Below the pieces are notes generated by a model. The model ran no database searches. It was not told where the DNA came from and saw nothing but the letters and a program-made list of their open reading frames with translations. A program made the translations under genes and the position numbers. From the sequence record OL960577.1: DNA of 64,000 bases; one strand, given 5' to 3'. Origin of the DNA: Escherichia phage vB_EcoM_SA35RD. Positions 1 to 10,375 of this stretch are shown here, one piece after another (the stretch's first letter is position 1; each line of letters starts with the position of its first letter).

Positions 1-99
1 GAAGGCGAAGAACCTGAAGAAGAAAAGAAAGCTAAAGCTTCGGAAGACGACGCTGATGAAGGCGATGACGACGAAGACGAAGATGATGAGGACGATGAA
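1..99 (+). CDS. Prohead core protein gp67-like, C-terminal fragment (5' end outside window)
   Basis: Open frame from window edge to TAA at 97-99; highly acidic tail ([15 protein letters not shown]); stop overlaps next start (TAATG); position upstream of 68/21 as in T4. Confidence 0.4.
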
Positions 100-101
100 T
101 A

Positions 102-527
102 ATGTATCTTATCCCTGAATCTTATGAATTGGTACTCGAAAATGTCGAAGCACTTATTCCTGAAGCACAGGGCCGAATCGATGCATTGTCTTCTGCTCTC
201 GATATTGACGATATAAATACTATTATCGAGAACATGCTTGAAACTGAAACGGATTTAGCTGTTGCAATGGCTTCCATTATTAATGAAGAACAGTTAAATG
301 AGTTTATCGTTAAACATGTTTCTTCTCGTGGTGAAGTCACCCGCACTAAAGACCGTAAAACTCGTGAACGTAACGCGTTCCAAACCACCGGTCTTTCTAA
401 AGCAAAACGTAGACAAATCGCTCGTAAGGTCGTTAAAGCTAAAAAAGCTAACCCTTCAGGCCAAGTTAAAGGCTTGCGTAAGCGTAAAAAGGCTCTTAAA
501 CGTCGTAAAGCATTAGGATTAAGCTAA
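102..527 (+). CDS. 68: Prohead core protein gp68
   Basis: 141 aa ORF, same size and position as T4 gp68, immediately upstream of gp21; basic C-terminus. Confidence 0.7.
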   Translation: MYLIPESYELVLENVEALIPEAQGRIDALSSALDIDDINTIIENMLETETDLAVAMASIINEEQLNEFIVKHVSSRGEVTRTKDRKTRERNAFQTTGLSKAKRRQIARKVVKAKKANPSGQVKGLRKRKKALKRRKALGLS

Positions 528-1168
528 TGAATAAACCCGAGTTACTTATTGAAACTTGGGGTCAACCCGGTGAGATTATTGATGGCGTTCCAATGTTGGA
601 ATCTCATGATGGAAAAGATTCTGGCTTAAAACCAGGGCTTTATATAGAAGGTATTTTTCTTCAGGCAGAGGTTGTTAACCGAAATAAACGTTTATATCCT
701 AAACGCGTTTTGGAAAAAGCAGTAAGTGACTATATTAAAGAACAAGTCGCAACCAAACAAGCCCTTGGAGAATTAAACCATCCACCTCGTGCAAATGTTG
801 ACCCTATGCAAGCCGCTATCATTATTGAAGATATGTGGTGGAAAGGAAACGATGTATATGGACGTGCTAGAATTATTGAAGGCGACCATGGTCCCGGCGA
901 TAAATTAGCTGCTAATATACGAGCTGGTTGGATTCCAGGTGTTTCCTCTCGTGGTCTTGGTTCTTTAACCGACACCAATAAAGGGTACCGTATCGTGAAC
1001 GAAGGATTTAAATTAACCGTCGGCGTAGATGCCGTATGGGGACCTTCTGCTCCAGATGCTTGGGTTACTCCTAAACAAATATCAGAATCAGAAAATTCGG
1101 TGGAAACCACCAAAAACAGTGCTGATGAAGCATTTAAAGCTCTCGCAGAGAGTTTAAAAGCATTATAA
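527..1168 (+). CDS. 21: Prohead core scaffold protein and protease gp21
   Basis: 213 aa; N-terminus [29 protein letters not shown] matches my recall of T4 gp21; position between 68 and 22. Confidence 0.9.
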   Translation: MNKPELLIETWGQPGEIIDGVPMLESHDGKDSGLKPGLYIEGIFLQAEVVNRNKRLYPKRVLEKAVSDYIKEQVATKQALGELNHPPRANVDPMQAAIIIEDMWWKGNDVYGRARIIEGDHGPGDKLAANIRAGWIPGVSSRGLGSLTDTNKGYRIVNEGFKLTVGVDAVWGPSAPDAWVTPKQISESENSVETTKNSADEAFKALAESLKAL

Positions 1169-1171
1169 ATA
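1164..1171 (+). promoter_or_regulatory. T4-type late promoter (TATAAATA) upstream of gene 22
   Basis: Exact TATAAATA about 30 nt upstream of the gp22 start codon. Confidence 0.5.
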
Positions 1172-1201
1172 ATAATGTAATCTAAACCACAGGACACTAA
1201 A

Positions 1202-2014
1202 ATGATCAAAGAACAACTTTTGAAAGAAGCTCAGAACATCGAGACTTCAGTTGCTCTTAATAGTGTTTTCGAATCAGTAGAACTGTCTCCGGACGTTAAA
1301 GCTAATTTCAGCACTGTATTCGAAGCCACCGTTAAGCAGGAAGCAGTCAAACTGGCTGAATCTCATATCAAAGCCATCGCCGAAAAGGCCGAAGAAGAAG
1401 TTGAAAAGGCTAAAGAAGATGCTGAAGAGAAAGCTGATAAAAAATTGGCTGAACAAGCTTCTAAATTCCTAGACCATCTTGCAAAAGAATGGCTCGCAGA
1501 AAACCAAATCGCAGTTGATAAAGGCATTAAAGCTGATTTGTTCGAATCCATGCTTGGTGGTCTGAAAGAACTGTTTGTTGAACATAACGTTGTTGTTCCA
1601 GAAGAATCTGTAGATGTTGTAGCAGAAATGGAAGAAGAGCTGGCCGAACATAAAGAAGAAACCGCTCGTTTGTTCGAAGAAGTTACCAAACGTGATGCAT
1701 ATATCAATTACGTTCAGCGTGAAACCGCTATTAATGAAAGCGTAAAAGACCTGACTGAATCTCAGAAAGAAAAAGTTATTGGCCTGGTTGAAGGTATGGA
1801 TTATTCTGACGCATTTGGTACTAAGTTAACTGCTATTGTAGAAATGGTTAAAGGTTCTACTAAAGAAGAAGCCGCTATTACCGAAAGTATAAATACAGTT
1901 GACAATGACGCTGCCGGTCTTAATTTTGTTGCCGAAGCAGTTGACACTACCACAACTCAGGTAGAACAGAATTCTAATGTAAGTTTATATGCGAAAGTCG
2001 CATCTCGTTTCTAA
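1202..2014 (+). CDS. 22: Prohead core scaffold protein gp22
   Basis: 270 aa, acidic coiled-coil-like composition, size and position as T4 gp22 (269 aa). Confidence 0.85.
   Translation: MIKEQLLKEAQNIETSVALNSVFESVELSPDVKANFSTVFEATVKQEAVKLAESHIKAIAEKAEEEVEKAKEDAEEKADKKLAEQASKFLDHLAKEWLAENQIAVDKGIKADLFESMLGGLKELFVEHNVVVPEESVDVVAEMEEELAEHKEETARLFEEVTKRDAYINYVQRETAINESVKDLTESQKEKVIGLVEGMDYSDAFGTKLTAIVEMVKGSTKEEAAITESINTVDNDAAGLNFVAEAVDTTTTQVEQNSNVSLYAKVASRF
1888..1895 (+). promoter_or_regulatory. Candidate late promoter (TATAAATA) for gene 23 inside 3' end of gene 22
   Basis: Exact TATAAATA about 140 nt upstream of gp23 start; motif could occur by chance in AT-rich DNA. Confidence 0.4.
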
Positions 2015-2031
2015 TTTAAAGGTTAACACAA

Positions 2032-3600
2032 ATGACTACTATCAAAACTAAAGCTCAGCTCGTAGACAAATGGAAAGAACTGCTGGAAGGTGAAGGCCTG
2101 CCGGAAATCGCTAATAGCAAGCAGGCTATTATCGCTAAAATCTTCGAAAACCAGGAAAAAGATTTCGAAGTATCCCCTGAATATAAAGACGAGAAAATCG
2201 CTCAGGCATTTGGTTCTTTCTTGACCGAAGCTGAAATTGGTGGTGACCACGGTTATAATGCTCAAAACATCGCAGCAGGTCAAACCTCTGGTGCAGTAAC
2301 CCAAATTGGGCCGGCAGTTATGGGTATGGTTCGTCGTGCTATTCCTAATCTGATCGCTTTTGATATTTGTGGTGTTCAGCCTATGAACAGCCCGACCGGT
2401 CAGGTATTTGCTCTCCGTGCAGTATATGGTAAAGACCCTATCGCTGCTGGTGCTAAAGAAGCTTTCCATCCGATGTATGCCCCAGACGCGATGTTCTCTG
2501 GTCAGGGTGCTGCTAAGAAATTCCCAGCTCTGGCTGCTGACACTACTACTGTTGTAGGTGATATCTATACTCACTTCTTCCAAGAAACTGGTACTGTATA
2601 TCTGCAAGCTTCTGCTATCGTAACACTTGATTCTGGTGCAACTGATGCAGCTAAATTAGATGCAGAAGTTAAGAAACAAATGGAAGCTGGTGCACTGGTA
2701 GAAATCGCTGAAGGTATGGCTACTTCTATCGCTGAACTCCAGGAAGGTTTCAACGGTTCTACCGATAACCCATGGAATGAAATGGGCTTCCGTATCGATA
2801 AACAAGTTATCGAAGCTAAATCTCGCCAGCTGAAAGCTGCTTACTCTATCGAATTGGCACAAGACCTCCGTGCAGTACACGGTATGGATGCTGATGCTGA
2901 ACTGAGCGGTATTCTGGCTACAGAAATTATGCTAGAAATCAACCGTGAAGTTGTTGATTGGATTAACTACTCAGCACAGGTTGGTAAATCTGGTATGACC
3001 CTGACTCCGGGTTCTAAAGCTGGTGTATTTGACTTCCAGGACCCGATTGATATCCGTGGTGCTCGTTGGGCCGGTGAAAGCTTTAAATCTCTGTTGTTCC
3101 AGATTGATAAAGAAGCAGTTGAAATTGCTCGTCAAACCGGTCGTGGTGAAGGTAACTTCATTATCGCTTCCCGTAACGTAGTTAACGTACTGGCTTCAGT
3201 TGATACTGGTATTTCTTACGCTGCACAGGGTCTGGCTTCTGGTTTTAATACCGACACTACTAAGTCTGTATTTGCCGGTGTACTTGGTGGTAAATACCGC
3301 GTGTACATCGACCAGTATGCTAAACAGGATTACTTCACCGTTGGTTACAAAGGCGCTAACGAAATGGATGCAGGTATTTACTATGCTCCTTACGTTGCAC
3401 TTACCCCACTGCGTGGTTCCGATCCTAAGAACTTCCAGCCGGTAATGGGCTTTAAAACTCGTTACGGTATCGGTGTTAACCCGTTTGCTGAAAGTTCCCT
3501 GCAGGCTCCAGGTGCTCGCATCCAGTCCGGTATGCCGTCTATCCTGAACAGCCTTGGTAAGAACGCTTACTTCCGCCGTGTATATGTAAAAGGCATCTAA
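2032..3600 (+). CDS. 23: Major capsid protein gp23
   Basis: 522 aa; MTTIKTKAQLVDKWKELLEGEGLPEIANSKQAIIAKIF matches T4 gp23 precursor; followed by strong terminator. Confidence 0.97.
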   Translation: MTTIKTKAQLVDKWKELLEGEGLPEIANSKQAIIAKIFENQEKDFEVSPEYKDEKIAQAFGSFLTEAEIGGDHGYNAQNIAAGQTSGAVTQIGPAVMGMVRRAIPNLIAFDICGVQPMNSPTGQVFALRAVYGKDPIAAGAKEAFHPMYAPDAMFSGQGAAKKFPALAADTTTVVGDIYTHFFQETGTVYLQASAIVTLDSGATDAAKLDAEVKKQMEAGALVEIAEGMATSIAELQEGFNGSTDNPWNEMGFRIDKQVIEAKSRQLKAAYSIELAQDLRAVHGMDADAELSGILATEIMLEINREVVDWINYSAQVGKSGMTLTPGSKAGVFDFQDPIDIRGARWAGESFKSLLFQIDKEAVEIARQTGRGEGNFIIASRNVVNVLASVDTGISYAAQGLASGFNTDTTKSVFAGVLGGKYRVYIDQYAKQDYFTVGYKGANEMDAGIYYAPYVALTPLRGSDPKNFQPVMGFKTRYGIGVNPFAESSLQAPGARIQSGMPSILNSLGKNAYFRRVYVKGI

Positions 3601-3624
3601 TCTTAATTGATTAAATCTTATTTT

Positions 3625-3642
3625 GGGAGACTTCGGTCTCCC
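3625..3642 (+). terminator. Intrinsic terminator hairpin after gene 23
   Basis: gggagaCTTCGgtctccc perfect 7-bp stem with UUCG loop, followed by aTTTTTgg. Confidence 0.7.
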
Positions 3643-3652
3643 ATTTTTGGTT

Positions 3653-3922
3653 TTATTTCTGTGCAATTTTGATGTAAGTTTTCAAAATATTTTGCCAATT
3701 AGGCATACCTTCTTGGACATACGCTGGAGAACCGTCTTTGTTTTTGAATGATGCAAGTTTATCAGTGGCCCAATAACCTTTAGCTCGAGCTTCAGAATCA
3801 ACTTTCATCCATACTTTGTTGAAGGCATTACCATTAACTTTTGCACCATATTTTTCTACTAACTTAACTGCTTCAGCTTCTAGAACTTTTAAAGTATCTC
3901 GTAAGAAACGTGCTTTAGTCAT
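3653..3922 (-). CDS. Hypothetical early protein (89 aa) in the gene 23-24 intergenic slot
   Basis: ORF with own early promoter and SD (GGAGTAAACAAA-ATG); antisense to flanking late genes; no family recognised. Confidence 0.6.
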   Translation of the reverse strand: MTKARFLRDTLKVLEAEAVKLVEKYGAKVNGNAFNKVWMKVDSEARAKGYWATDKLASFKNKDGSPAYVQEGMPNWQNILKTYIKIAQK

Positions 3923-3952
3923 TTTGTTTACTCCTCTGTAGTTGATAAGTCT

Positions 3953-3982
3953 ATAGTATCACATACCAAATACGTTGTAAAC
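3953..3982 (-). promoter_or_regulatory. T4-type early promoter
   Basis: Minus strand GTTTAC, 18-nt spacer, TACTAT; immediately upstream of the 89-aa ORF. Confidence 0.55.
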
Positions 3983-3988
3983 AATCTT

Positions 3989-3996
3989 TATAAATA
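3989..3996 (+). promoter_or_regulatory. Late promoter (TATAAATA) for gene 24
   Basis: Exact TATAAATA about 28 nt upstream of gp24 ATG. Confidence 0.6.
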
Positions 3997-4023
3997 ATCT
4001 ATATCACATAAGGAAAAAATGCA

Positions 4024-5307
4024 ATGAGTAAAATCCAAAAATTATTGCGTGAATCTACAACGTCTACTAGCAACTCAATTGGTCGCCCAAATCTCGTTGC
4101 TTTGACTCGCGCTACGACTAAATTAATATATTCTGACATTGTAGCAACACAAAGAACTAATCAACCTGTTGCTGCTTTTTATGGTATCAAATATCTTAAC
4201 CCAGATAACGAATTCACATTTAAAACTGGTGCTACTTATGCAGGCGAAGCTGGATATGTAGACCGAGAAAAAATTACTGAGCTCACAGAAGAATCAAAAG
4301 TCACACTAAATAAAGGTGATTTTTTCAAATATAATAATATCGTCTATAAAGTGTTAGAAGATACACCATTTGCAGATATTCAAGAAAGTGATCTAGAATT
4401 AGCTCTTCAGATTGCAGTCGTTCATTTAAAGGTACGGTTATTTTCAGATGCAGCGGTAACAAACAAATTTGAAAGCTCTGATAGCGAAATTTCTGATGCA
4501 AGATTCCAGATTAATAAATGGCAAACTTCAGTCAAATCTCGTAAACTTAAAACTGGCCTAACGGTCGAATTAGCGCAAGATTTAGAAGCGAATGGATTTG
4601 ATGCCCCTAACTTCTTAGAAGATTTGCTTGCTACTGAAATGGCAGATGAAATTAATAAAGATATTCTTCAGTCTTTAATTACTGTATCGAAACGTTATAA
4701 AGTTACTGGAATTACTGACACCGGATTTATTGACTTGAGTTATGCATCAGCTCCAGAAGCAGGTCGTTCATTATATCGAATGGTGTGTGAAATGGTATCA
4801 CACATTCAAAAAGAAACAACTTATACTGCAACGTTTTGTGTAGCCTCAGCCCGTGCAGCTGCTATTCTTGCTGCTTCTGGTTGGTTAAAACATAAGCCAG
4901 AAGATGACAAGTATCTTTCACAAAATGCTTATGGATTCTTGGCAAATGGATTACCTCTTTACTGCGATACCAACAGCCCGTTAGATTATGTTATTGTGGG
5001 TGTTGTAGAAAATCTCGGCGAAAAAGAAATTGTAGGGTCCATCTTTTATGCTCCATACACTGAAGGAATAGATTTAGATGACCCGGAACATGTCGGTGCA
5101 TTTAAAGTTGTAGTTGATCCAGAAAGCTTGCAACCGTCTATCGGATTATTGGTTAGATATGCGTTATCAGCAAATCCTTACACAGTAGCAAAAGATGAAA
5201 AAGAAGCGAGAATAATTGATGGCGGGGACATGGATAAAATGGCAGGACGTTCAGACTTGTCTGTTTTATTAGGTGTTAAACTACCAAAAATTATCATCGA
5301 TGAATAA
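4024..5307 (+). CDS. 24: Capsid vertex protein gp24
   Basis: 427 aa, same length as T4 gp24; gp23-paralog-like sequence; position after gene 23. Confidence 0.9.
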   Translation: MSKIQKLLRESTTSTSNSIGRPNLVALTRATTKLIYSDIVATQRTNQPVAAFYGIKYLNPDNEFTFKTGATYAGEAGYVDREKITELTEESKVTLNKGDFFKYNNIVYKVLEDTPFADIQESDLELALQIAVVHLKVRLFSDAAVTNKFESSDSEISDARFQINKWQTSVKSRKLKTGLTVELAQDLEANGFDAPNFLEDLLATEMADEINKDILQSLITVSKRYKVTGITDTGFIDLSYASAPEAGRSLYRMVCEMVSHIQKETTYTATFCVASARAAAILAASGWLKHKPEDDKYLSQNAYGFLANGLPLYCDTNSPLDYVIVGVVENLGEKEIVGSIFYAPYTEGIDLDDPEHVGAFKVVVDPESLQPSIGLLVRYALSANPYTVAKDEKEARIIDGGDMDKMAGRSDLSVLLGVKLPKIIIDE

Positions 5308-5314
5308 AACAAAA

Positions 5315-5330
5315 GGGACCTTACGGTCCC
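5315..5330. terminator. Bidirectional terminator hairpin between gene 24 (+) and rnlB (-)
   Basis: gggaccTTACggtccc flanked by A-run and T-run (aaaa...ttttttt). Confidence 0.6.
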
Positions 5331-5339
5331 TTTTTTTCG

Positions 5340-6338
5340 TTATGATACTAATTCAATCCATGCAGGACGCAGAACATCTTGCACCATTCGGACTAATTCT
5401 TTCTTAACAAGATTCGGATTATCAGATGATGTTAATACAATACCTTCACGAGAAGTTTCTTCCAGAATATCTTGAACAGTCAATCCCATCACTTTGCCAA
5501 AATCTTTTGGCGTTACAGTCCCAATCTTAGAAATCACATTATTAATACGATTTAATGTAACATAACAAGCTAGAACATCAAGCAAGTTTTTGTCAGTTTC
5601 GGTTAATGGAACCTGAGTTTTAATAGGCTTATCAGACTTTTTCTTTTCACTGAATTTAGAGTTCTTGCACTTAATAGCTACACGAGTACCGTTTGGCAGC
5701 CATTTAGGGAAACAGGGCTTCAGAACATAACCTTCTGCCGTATTATCACCAATAACATTAGCATCAAATACACAATTATTTGCTTCGACAAGGTCTTCTG
5801 ACGCAGTAGCATTATAAGCGGCTAAGACGGAATCAAGGTCATTTGGAATCATGATAAGAGAATCAAATGTTCCACGACCAAGCATTGGTGCCATTTTAAA
5901 ACCGAATTCATTACAGAAATCTTGCATTTCATAATCGGTCAAATACGTATTATCACCACTTTCTGTATTGATAAGGATATCGAACACATAAAAATCTTTT
6001 TCACCGTAGTCAACACCTTTCTGGATTCCACCACCGGCGAATTCACCGAATACTTGATATGATACAGCTCGAGCTGTGTACATGAATTCCTGAACGGCTT
6101 TAATAGCTTTATCATACTTCTTGAGTACGATTTCATAACCATAAAAATCTTCTGCTGGAAGAATAGGGCCTGTGCGCTTGGCGCATGTGACGTTGTCACG
6201 TTCAATTATTAACGAGAAGTTGGTCCCATGGATTTTCTCACGTGCTACCCAAACACCGGTAGTCAAACCATTAGTGTAGAGTTTTTCAATAAACTTAGAG
6301 TTGTAGTGGTTTTCAAGACTGCTGTATTTCTTAAACAT
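5340..6338 (-). CDS. rnlB: RNA ligase 2 (Rnl2)
   Basis: 332 aa; N-terminal nucleotidyltransferase motif EKIHGTN with the ligase lysine; size and position as T4 rnlB. Confidence 0.9.
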   Translation of the reverse strand: MFKKYSSLENHYNSKFIEKLYTNGLTTGVWVAREKIHGTNFSLIIERDNVTCAKRTGPILPAEDFYGYEIVLKKYDKAIKAVQEFMYTARAVSYQVFGEFAGGGIQKGVDYGEKDFYVFDILINTESGDNTYLTDYEMQDFCNEFGFKMAPMLGRGTFDSLIMIPNDLDSVLAAYNATASEDLVEANNCVFDANVIGDNTAEGYVLKPCFPKWLPNGTRVAIKCKNSKFSEKKKSDKPIKTQVPLTETDKNLLDVLACYVTLNRINNVISKIGTVTPKDFGKVMGLTVQDILEETSREGIVLTSSDNPNLVKKELVRMVQDVLRPAWIELVS

Positions 6339-6457
6339 AAATCACCATTATAAATAATAATATCAAAATAATTAGCAGAGACTCTGTCTCCGACCAGATG
6401 TTTAATTTGAATGGATAGAACCTAGATTCATTATACCATCAAAAAATGTAAAGCATA

Positions 6458-6709
6458 TTAGAACTTGATTTCTATCCAATGACCATCACGCTGGTCGTGA
6501 TTAATTTTATACTGAAAGCCATTATCACGTAACCACTGCCCGACTTGCTCAGTGATAGTTAAATCGTTCTTTGACGGGTAGTACGTGAATTGTGTCTGGC
6601 CTTTATCAGCGGCTTTCTCTGCCATCACAGAGAAGTTAGTAATAAAATCACTCAACAAATTAGCTTTAGTGGCCAGTGCCCTTTCTCTTAATTCCTGTGC
6701 AAAACTCAT
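6458..6709 (-). CDS. Hypothetical protein (83 aa), 24.2-like position
   Basis: ORF overlapping the upstream gene by 4 nt; position equivalent to T4 24.2/24.3 region. Confidence 0.55.
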   Translation of the reverse strand: MSFAQELRERALATKANLLSDFITNFSVMAEKAADKGQTQFTYYPSKNDLTITEQVGQWLRDNGFQYKINHDQRDGHWIEIKF

Positions 6710-6906
6710 TTCTTCACCTTTTTGTTAATCAAACGTTTACGGTATACAACTTTTTCTTTTGCTTTAAACTTTGACCGAGCTGTCTCGGCTTTAGTCCATA
6801 GTAATCCAACTTCTTTAGGTTGTAAACCAATTTTTTGAGCAATTTCTACGAATGAAAATCCCGCCTCATGTAATGTATAAACTTCAACTTCAGCTCTCAT
6901 AATCAA
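6706..6906 (-). CDS. Hypothetical small basic protein (66 aa), possible HTH
   Basis: ORF with segment FSFVEIAQKIGLQPKEVG resembling a helix-turn-helix; basic C-terminus. Confidence 0.5.
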   Translation of the reverse strand: MIMRAEVEVYTLHEAGFSFVEIAQKIGLQPKEVGLLWTKAETARSKFKAKEKVVYRKRLINKKVKK

Positions 6907-6981
6907 TCCAGTATTATTTGGTTTGTGCCATTATATACATCAATCTCAAGATGTGTTTTGTATGCTTTAAAAACGAAGAAA

Positions 6982-6995
6982 GGGGCCGAAGCCCC
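6982..6995 (-). terminator. Hairpin downstream of hoc
   Basis: ggggcCGAAgcccc (GGGGCUUCGGCCCC on the minus transcript) followed by a U-rich tract. Confidence 0.45.
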
Positions 6996-7001
6996 TTACG
7001 A

Positions 7002-8132
7002 TTATGGATATGTATAGATGATACCAGTTTCCAAAGCAGTTTTATGGATGATGTATCCATTACGTGATTCTTGAACATCAACTTCCGGATAGTCTTTCAT
7101 CATCTTCTGAAGAGTGTAACGATGCAGGTAGTATTTACTATCTGGATCTTCAGTTTTCCAATCTTTACCTTCTTCAGTCATTTTTTGGATTTCATCCATA
7201 ACCCACCATCCGCACCAGATGTAAGCTGAAGTACGATGTGGAAGAGGATGAACATAAGGTAGTTCACCTTCTGGTTCTGGAGCAACTTTATCAGTTACCT
7301 GAACTTGACCTTCTGCTGTAATAGTTTTTCTATCGTAATCAGTTGCAGTAATAGTTGCAGTAACTTCAATAGTTTGACTTCCAATAGACGAGGTATCAAC
7401 GGTATATACATTAGTTGACCCTTCTACAGGAGAAGAATCTTTCTTCCATGAATAAGTAATTTGTGCTTCTGGTGGTGCATCAGTGACATTAGCAGTAAAT
7501 GTGGCTGAAGCGTCTTGCTGAACATTAATAGAAGGAGGGGTCAACGTAACCTGTGGATTCATTGTCTTCTTATTAACCGTTAATGATACTTCATTCGAAG
7601 TAACTTCCTTTGCATCATAATCTGTCGCAGTTACTTGGGCTACACATTTAATTCTTTTTACTCCATTTGTAGTTGGAGTATAATTAAATGTAGAGTTAGT
7701 TTCTCCACTAACTTGAGAACCGTCAACATACCATTGGTACGTAGCAGATGCACCTGATGGCTTCGAAGCCAAAGCAGCGGTAAATTTAACAGCTGTTCCA
7801 ATTACTCCTGCTGGAGGACTATTGGGAGTTACAGCTAAGGTAGTCGTTTGTGTCTTGTTTTGAACTGTGATGGTTGTAGAAGCTTCTGCTGTTTCAGCTT
7901 CAGCTTCTGGAACTGTATTTGTTGCAACTACTTTAATAGTCTTTTGACCGGCAGGTCCTTTTAGTACATAACTAAAAGTTGCTTCAGCTCCATCTTGCGG
8001 AACATCATCTACAGTCCAAGCATATGTAATAGTTCCACCTCCAGTTTCACCACTGGGAGTAGCAGTAAACTGCTTAGTCTCATCTATAACTCCAGTAGGT
8101 GTTTTAGGAGTTATATCAACTGTAAAAGCCAT
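7002..8132 (-). CDS. hoc: Highly immunogenic outer capsid protein Hoc
   Basis: 376 aa (same as T4 Hoc); repeated Ig-like segments (…TATITATDYD…); conserved C-terminal capsid-binding region. Confidence 0.9.
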   Translation of the reverse strand: MAFTVDITPKTPTGVIDETKQFTATPSGETGGGTITYAWTVDDVPQDGAEATFSYVLKGPAGQKTIKVVATNTVPEAEAETAEASTTITVQNKTQTTTLAVTPNSPPAGVIGTAVKFTAALASKPSGASATYQWYVDGSQVSGETNSTFNYTPTTNGVKRIKCVAQVTATDYDAKEVTSNEVSLTVNKKTMNPQVTLTPPSINVQQDASATFTANVTDAPPEAQITYSWKKDSSPVEGSTNVYTVDTSSIGSQTIEVTATITATDYDRKTITAEGQVQVTDKVAPEPEGELPYVHPLPHRTSAYIWCGWWVMDEIQKMTEEGKDWKTEDPDSKYYLHRYTLQKMMKDYPEVDVQESRNGYIIHKTALETGIIYTYP

Positions 8133-8141
8133 AAGTTATCC

Positions 8142-8810
8142 TTATTTTAATGTTACGAAAGAAGAATTACGAGTTTCACGAATTAGAACTGATCCATCGC
8201 GATTAATATAATAAATTAAGCTAAATAATGTTTGGTGAGCAGAAGCGTGCACAAAACTGGTTGGACGAGATTTCCAATCTGGGGTTTCGGCTATCCATTG
8301 ATAAATCCACCAAGGAACAGTAACATATCCTGGGGCTTTGCCTAATTTAATGAGTGTAGGACTAAAATTTTCAGGCAGAACAAAATTTACTTCTTTATTT
8401 ACTTCTGGCTCAGGCTCTTTTTCAGATTCAACAACCTGAGTAATTGCTTCTTCGAATTTATCATGGTCGAATTCTTTTTCTTGTTCGACAACTTCTAATA
8501 CTTCAACTTGTTCTGTTGGAGAATCAAACAACAGAATAGCTTCTTCTTTAACTTCTTCGTTGGTGAAATTAACACCGTCCACATCATCTGCGGCAGTAAT
8601 TAAATCGGTGATAGATAATCCATCAGTTTCAGGTAATGGTTCATCAGCCAGTGCGTTAAGAGCTTCTTCGATATCAATAACAATATTATCGAATGATTTT
8701 GTTTTCTTAACACTAATGCCAAATTGTTCCGCATATTCAAACAGTTTAGCTTTGGCTTCCTTTTTATCAGAAAGAGCACGTAACTCTTCAATATAGTCTT
8801 TATCGATCAT
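8142..8810 (-). CDS. inh: Inh-like protein (inhibitor of prohead protease)
   Basis: 222 aa acidic protein in the position of T4 inh between hoc and uvsW; assignment by size and synteny. Confidence 0.6.
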   Translation of the reverse strand: MIDKDYIEELRALSDKKEAKAKLFEYAEQFGISVKKTKSFDNIVIDIEEALNALADEPLPETDGLSITDLITAADDVDGVNFTNEEVKEEAILLFDSPTEQVEVLEVVEQEKEFDHDKFEEAITQVVESEKEPEPEVNKEVNFVLPENFSPTLIKLGKAPGYVTVPWWIYQWIAETPDWKSRPTSFVHASAHQTLFSLIYYINRDGSVLIRETRNSSFVTLK

Positions 8811-8823
8811 GATATTTCCTCAT

Positions 8824-8831
8824 TATAAATA
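8824..8831 (+). promoter_or_regulatory. Late promoter (TATAAATA) for uvsW
   Basis: Exact TATAAATA about 30 nt upstream of uvsW ATG. Confidence 0.5.
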
Positions 8832-8860
8832 TAGTTATATTTATTACATGGTAATTTGAC

Positions 8861-10375
8861 ATGACTGACATTAAAGTACATTTTTATGATTTTAGTCACG
8901 TGCGCATTGAATGCGACGAAAGTACGTTTTACGAACTTCGTGACTTTTTTAGCTTTGAAGCTGACGGGTATAAATTTAACCCAAAATATCGCTATGGGAA
9001 CTGGGATGGTAGAATTCGTCTTTTAGATTACAACCGTTTGTTACCATATGGACTTGTAGGACAAATAAAAAAGTTCTGTAACAATATGAGTTATTCTGTA
9101 TGGATTGACCCTAAAATCTTTGAGACTGAAGACCTTACCAGGGAAGATTTTGACTCATGGCTTTCTAAACAAGAAATTTATTCAGGCAACGCCAAAATCG
9201 AACCACATTGGTATCAAAAAGATGCAGTATACGAAGGACTAGTTAATCGTCGTCGAATTTTAAACCTTCCGACATCAGCAGGTAAATCACTAATCCAAGC
9301 ACTTTTAGCTCGGTATTATCTAGAGAACTATGAAGGTAAAATTCTCATTATCGTCCCTACAACAGCATTGACAACCCAGATGGCTAATGATTTTGTTGAT
9401 TATCGCTTGTTTAGTCATTCGATGATTAAGAAAATTGGCGGTGGTGCTGATAAAGCGGACAAATCTAAAAACGACGCTCCAATTATTGTTGGCACCTGGC
9501 AAACGGTAGTTAAGCAGCCTAAAGAATGGTTCTCTCAGTTCGGTATGATGATGAACGATGAATGCCACTTAGCAACAGGCAAAAGTATTTCTTCAATCAT
9601 CTCAGGATTAAATAATTGCATGTTTAAATTCGGTTTATCCGGCTCATTAAGAGACGGAAAAGCCAATGTAATGCAGTACGTAGGTATGTTCGGCGAAATC
9701 TTCCGTCCTGTTAGCACGTCTAAATTAATGGAAGACGGACAGGTAACTGAGCTTAAGATTAATAGTATTTTCCTTCGTTATCCGGACGAATTCACTGTTA
9801 AATTAAAAGGTAAAACATACCAAGAAGAAGTTAAAATTATTACCGGACTAAAACGTCGTACAAAGTGGATTGCTCAACTTTCAGTCAAATTGGCTAAGAA
9901 AGACGAGAACGCCTTTGTAATGTTTAAACACGTTACACACGGTAAAGAAATATTTGAAGCTATTAAAGAGCTTGGATACGAAAAAGTTTATTACGTATCA
10001 GGTGAAGTTGATACTGAAACACGTAATGCGCTTAAAGTCATGGCAGAAAATGGTAAAGGCATTATTATTGTCGCATCATATGGAGTATTCTCTACTGGTA
10101 TTTCAGTCAAGAATCTTCATCATGTTATTTTTGCCCATGGTGTTAAATCAAAAATTATCGTACTTCAAACCGTAGGTCGTGTGCTTCGTAAGCACGGTTC
10201 TAAAGCTGTTGCTACAGTTTGGGATCTCATAGATGACGCAGGTGTAAAACCTAAATCATTAAATACTAAAAAGAAGTATACTCATCTTAATTACTTGTTA
10301 AAACACGGTATTGATCGTATCCAACGTTACGCTGATGAGAAATTTAACTATGTAATGAAAACAATTAATTTATAA
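8861..10375 (+). CDS. uvsW: UvsW DNA/RNA helicase (SF2)
   Basis: 504 aa; N-terminus MTDIKVHFYDFSHVRIECDESTFYELRDFF like T4 UvsW; Walker A (PTSAGKS) and DECH box. Confidence 0.9.
   Translation: MTDIKVHFYDFSHVRIECDESTFYELRDFFSFEADGYKFNPKYRYGNWDGRIRLLDYNRLLPYGLVGQIKKFCNNMSYSVWIDPKIFETEDLTREDFDSWLSKQEIYSGNAKIEPHWYQKDAVYEGLVNRRRILNLPTSAGKSLIQALLARYYLENYEGKILIIVPTTALTTQMANDFVDYRLFSHSMIKKIGGGADKADKSKNDAPIIVGTWQTVVKQPKEWFSQFGMMMNDECHLATGKSISSIISGLNNCMFKFGLSGSLRDGKANVMQYVGMFGEIFRPVSTSKLMEDGQVTELKINSIFLRYPDEFTVKLKGKTYQEEVKIITGLKRRTKWIAQLSVKLAKKDENAFVMFKHVTHGKEIFEAIKELGYEKVYYVSGEVDTETRNALKVMAENGKGIIIVASYGVFSTGISVKNLHHVIFAHGVKSKIIVLQTVGRVLRKHGSKAVATVWDLIDDAGVKPKSLNTKKKYTHLNYLLKHGIDRIQRYADEKFNYVMKTINL

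Noticed and set aside
6349-6356. TATAAATA on the + strand just beyond the rnlB start
   Set aside because: No + strand gene follows for about 2.5 kb; in DNA this AT-rich the octamer is expected several times by chance, so it is not called as a late promoter.
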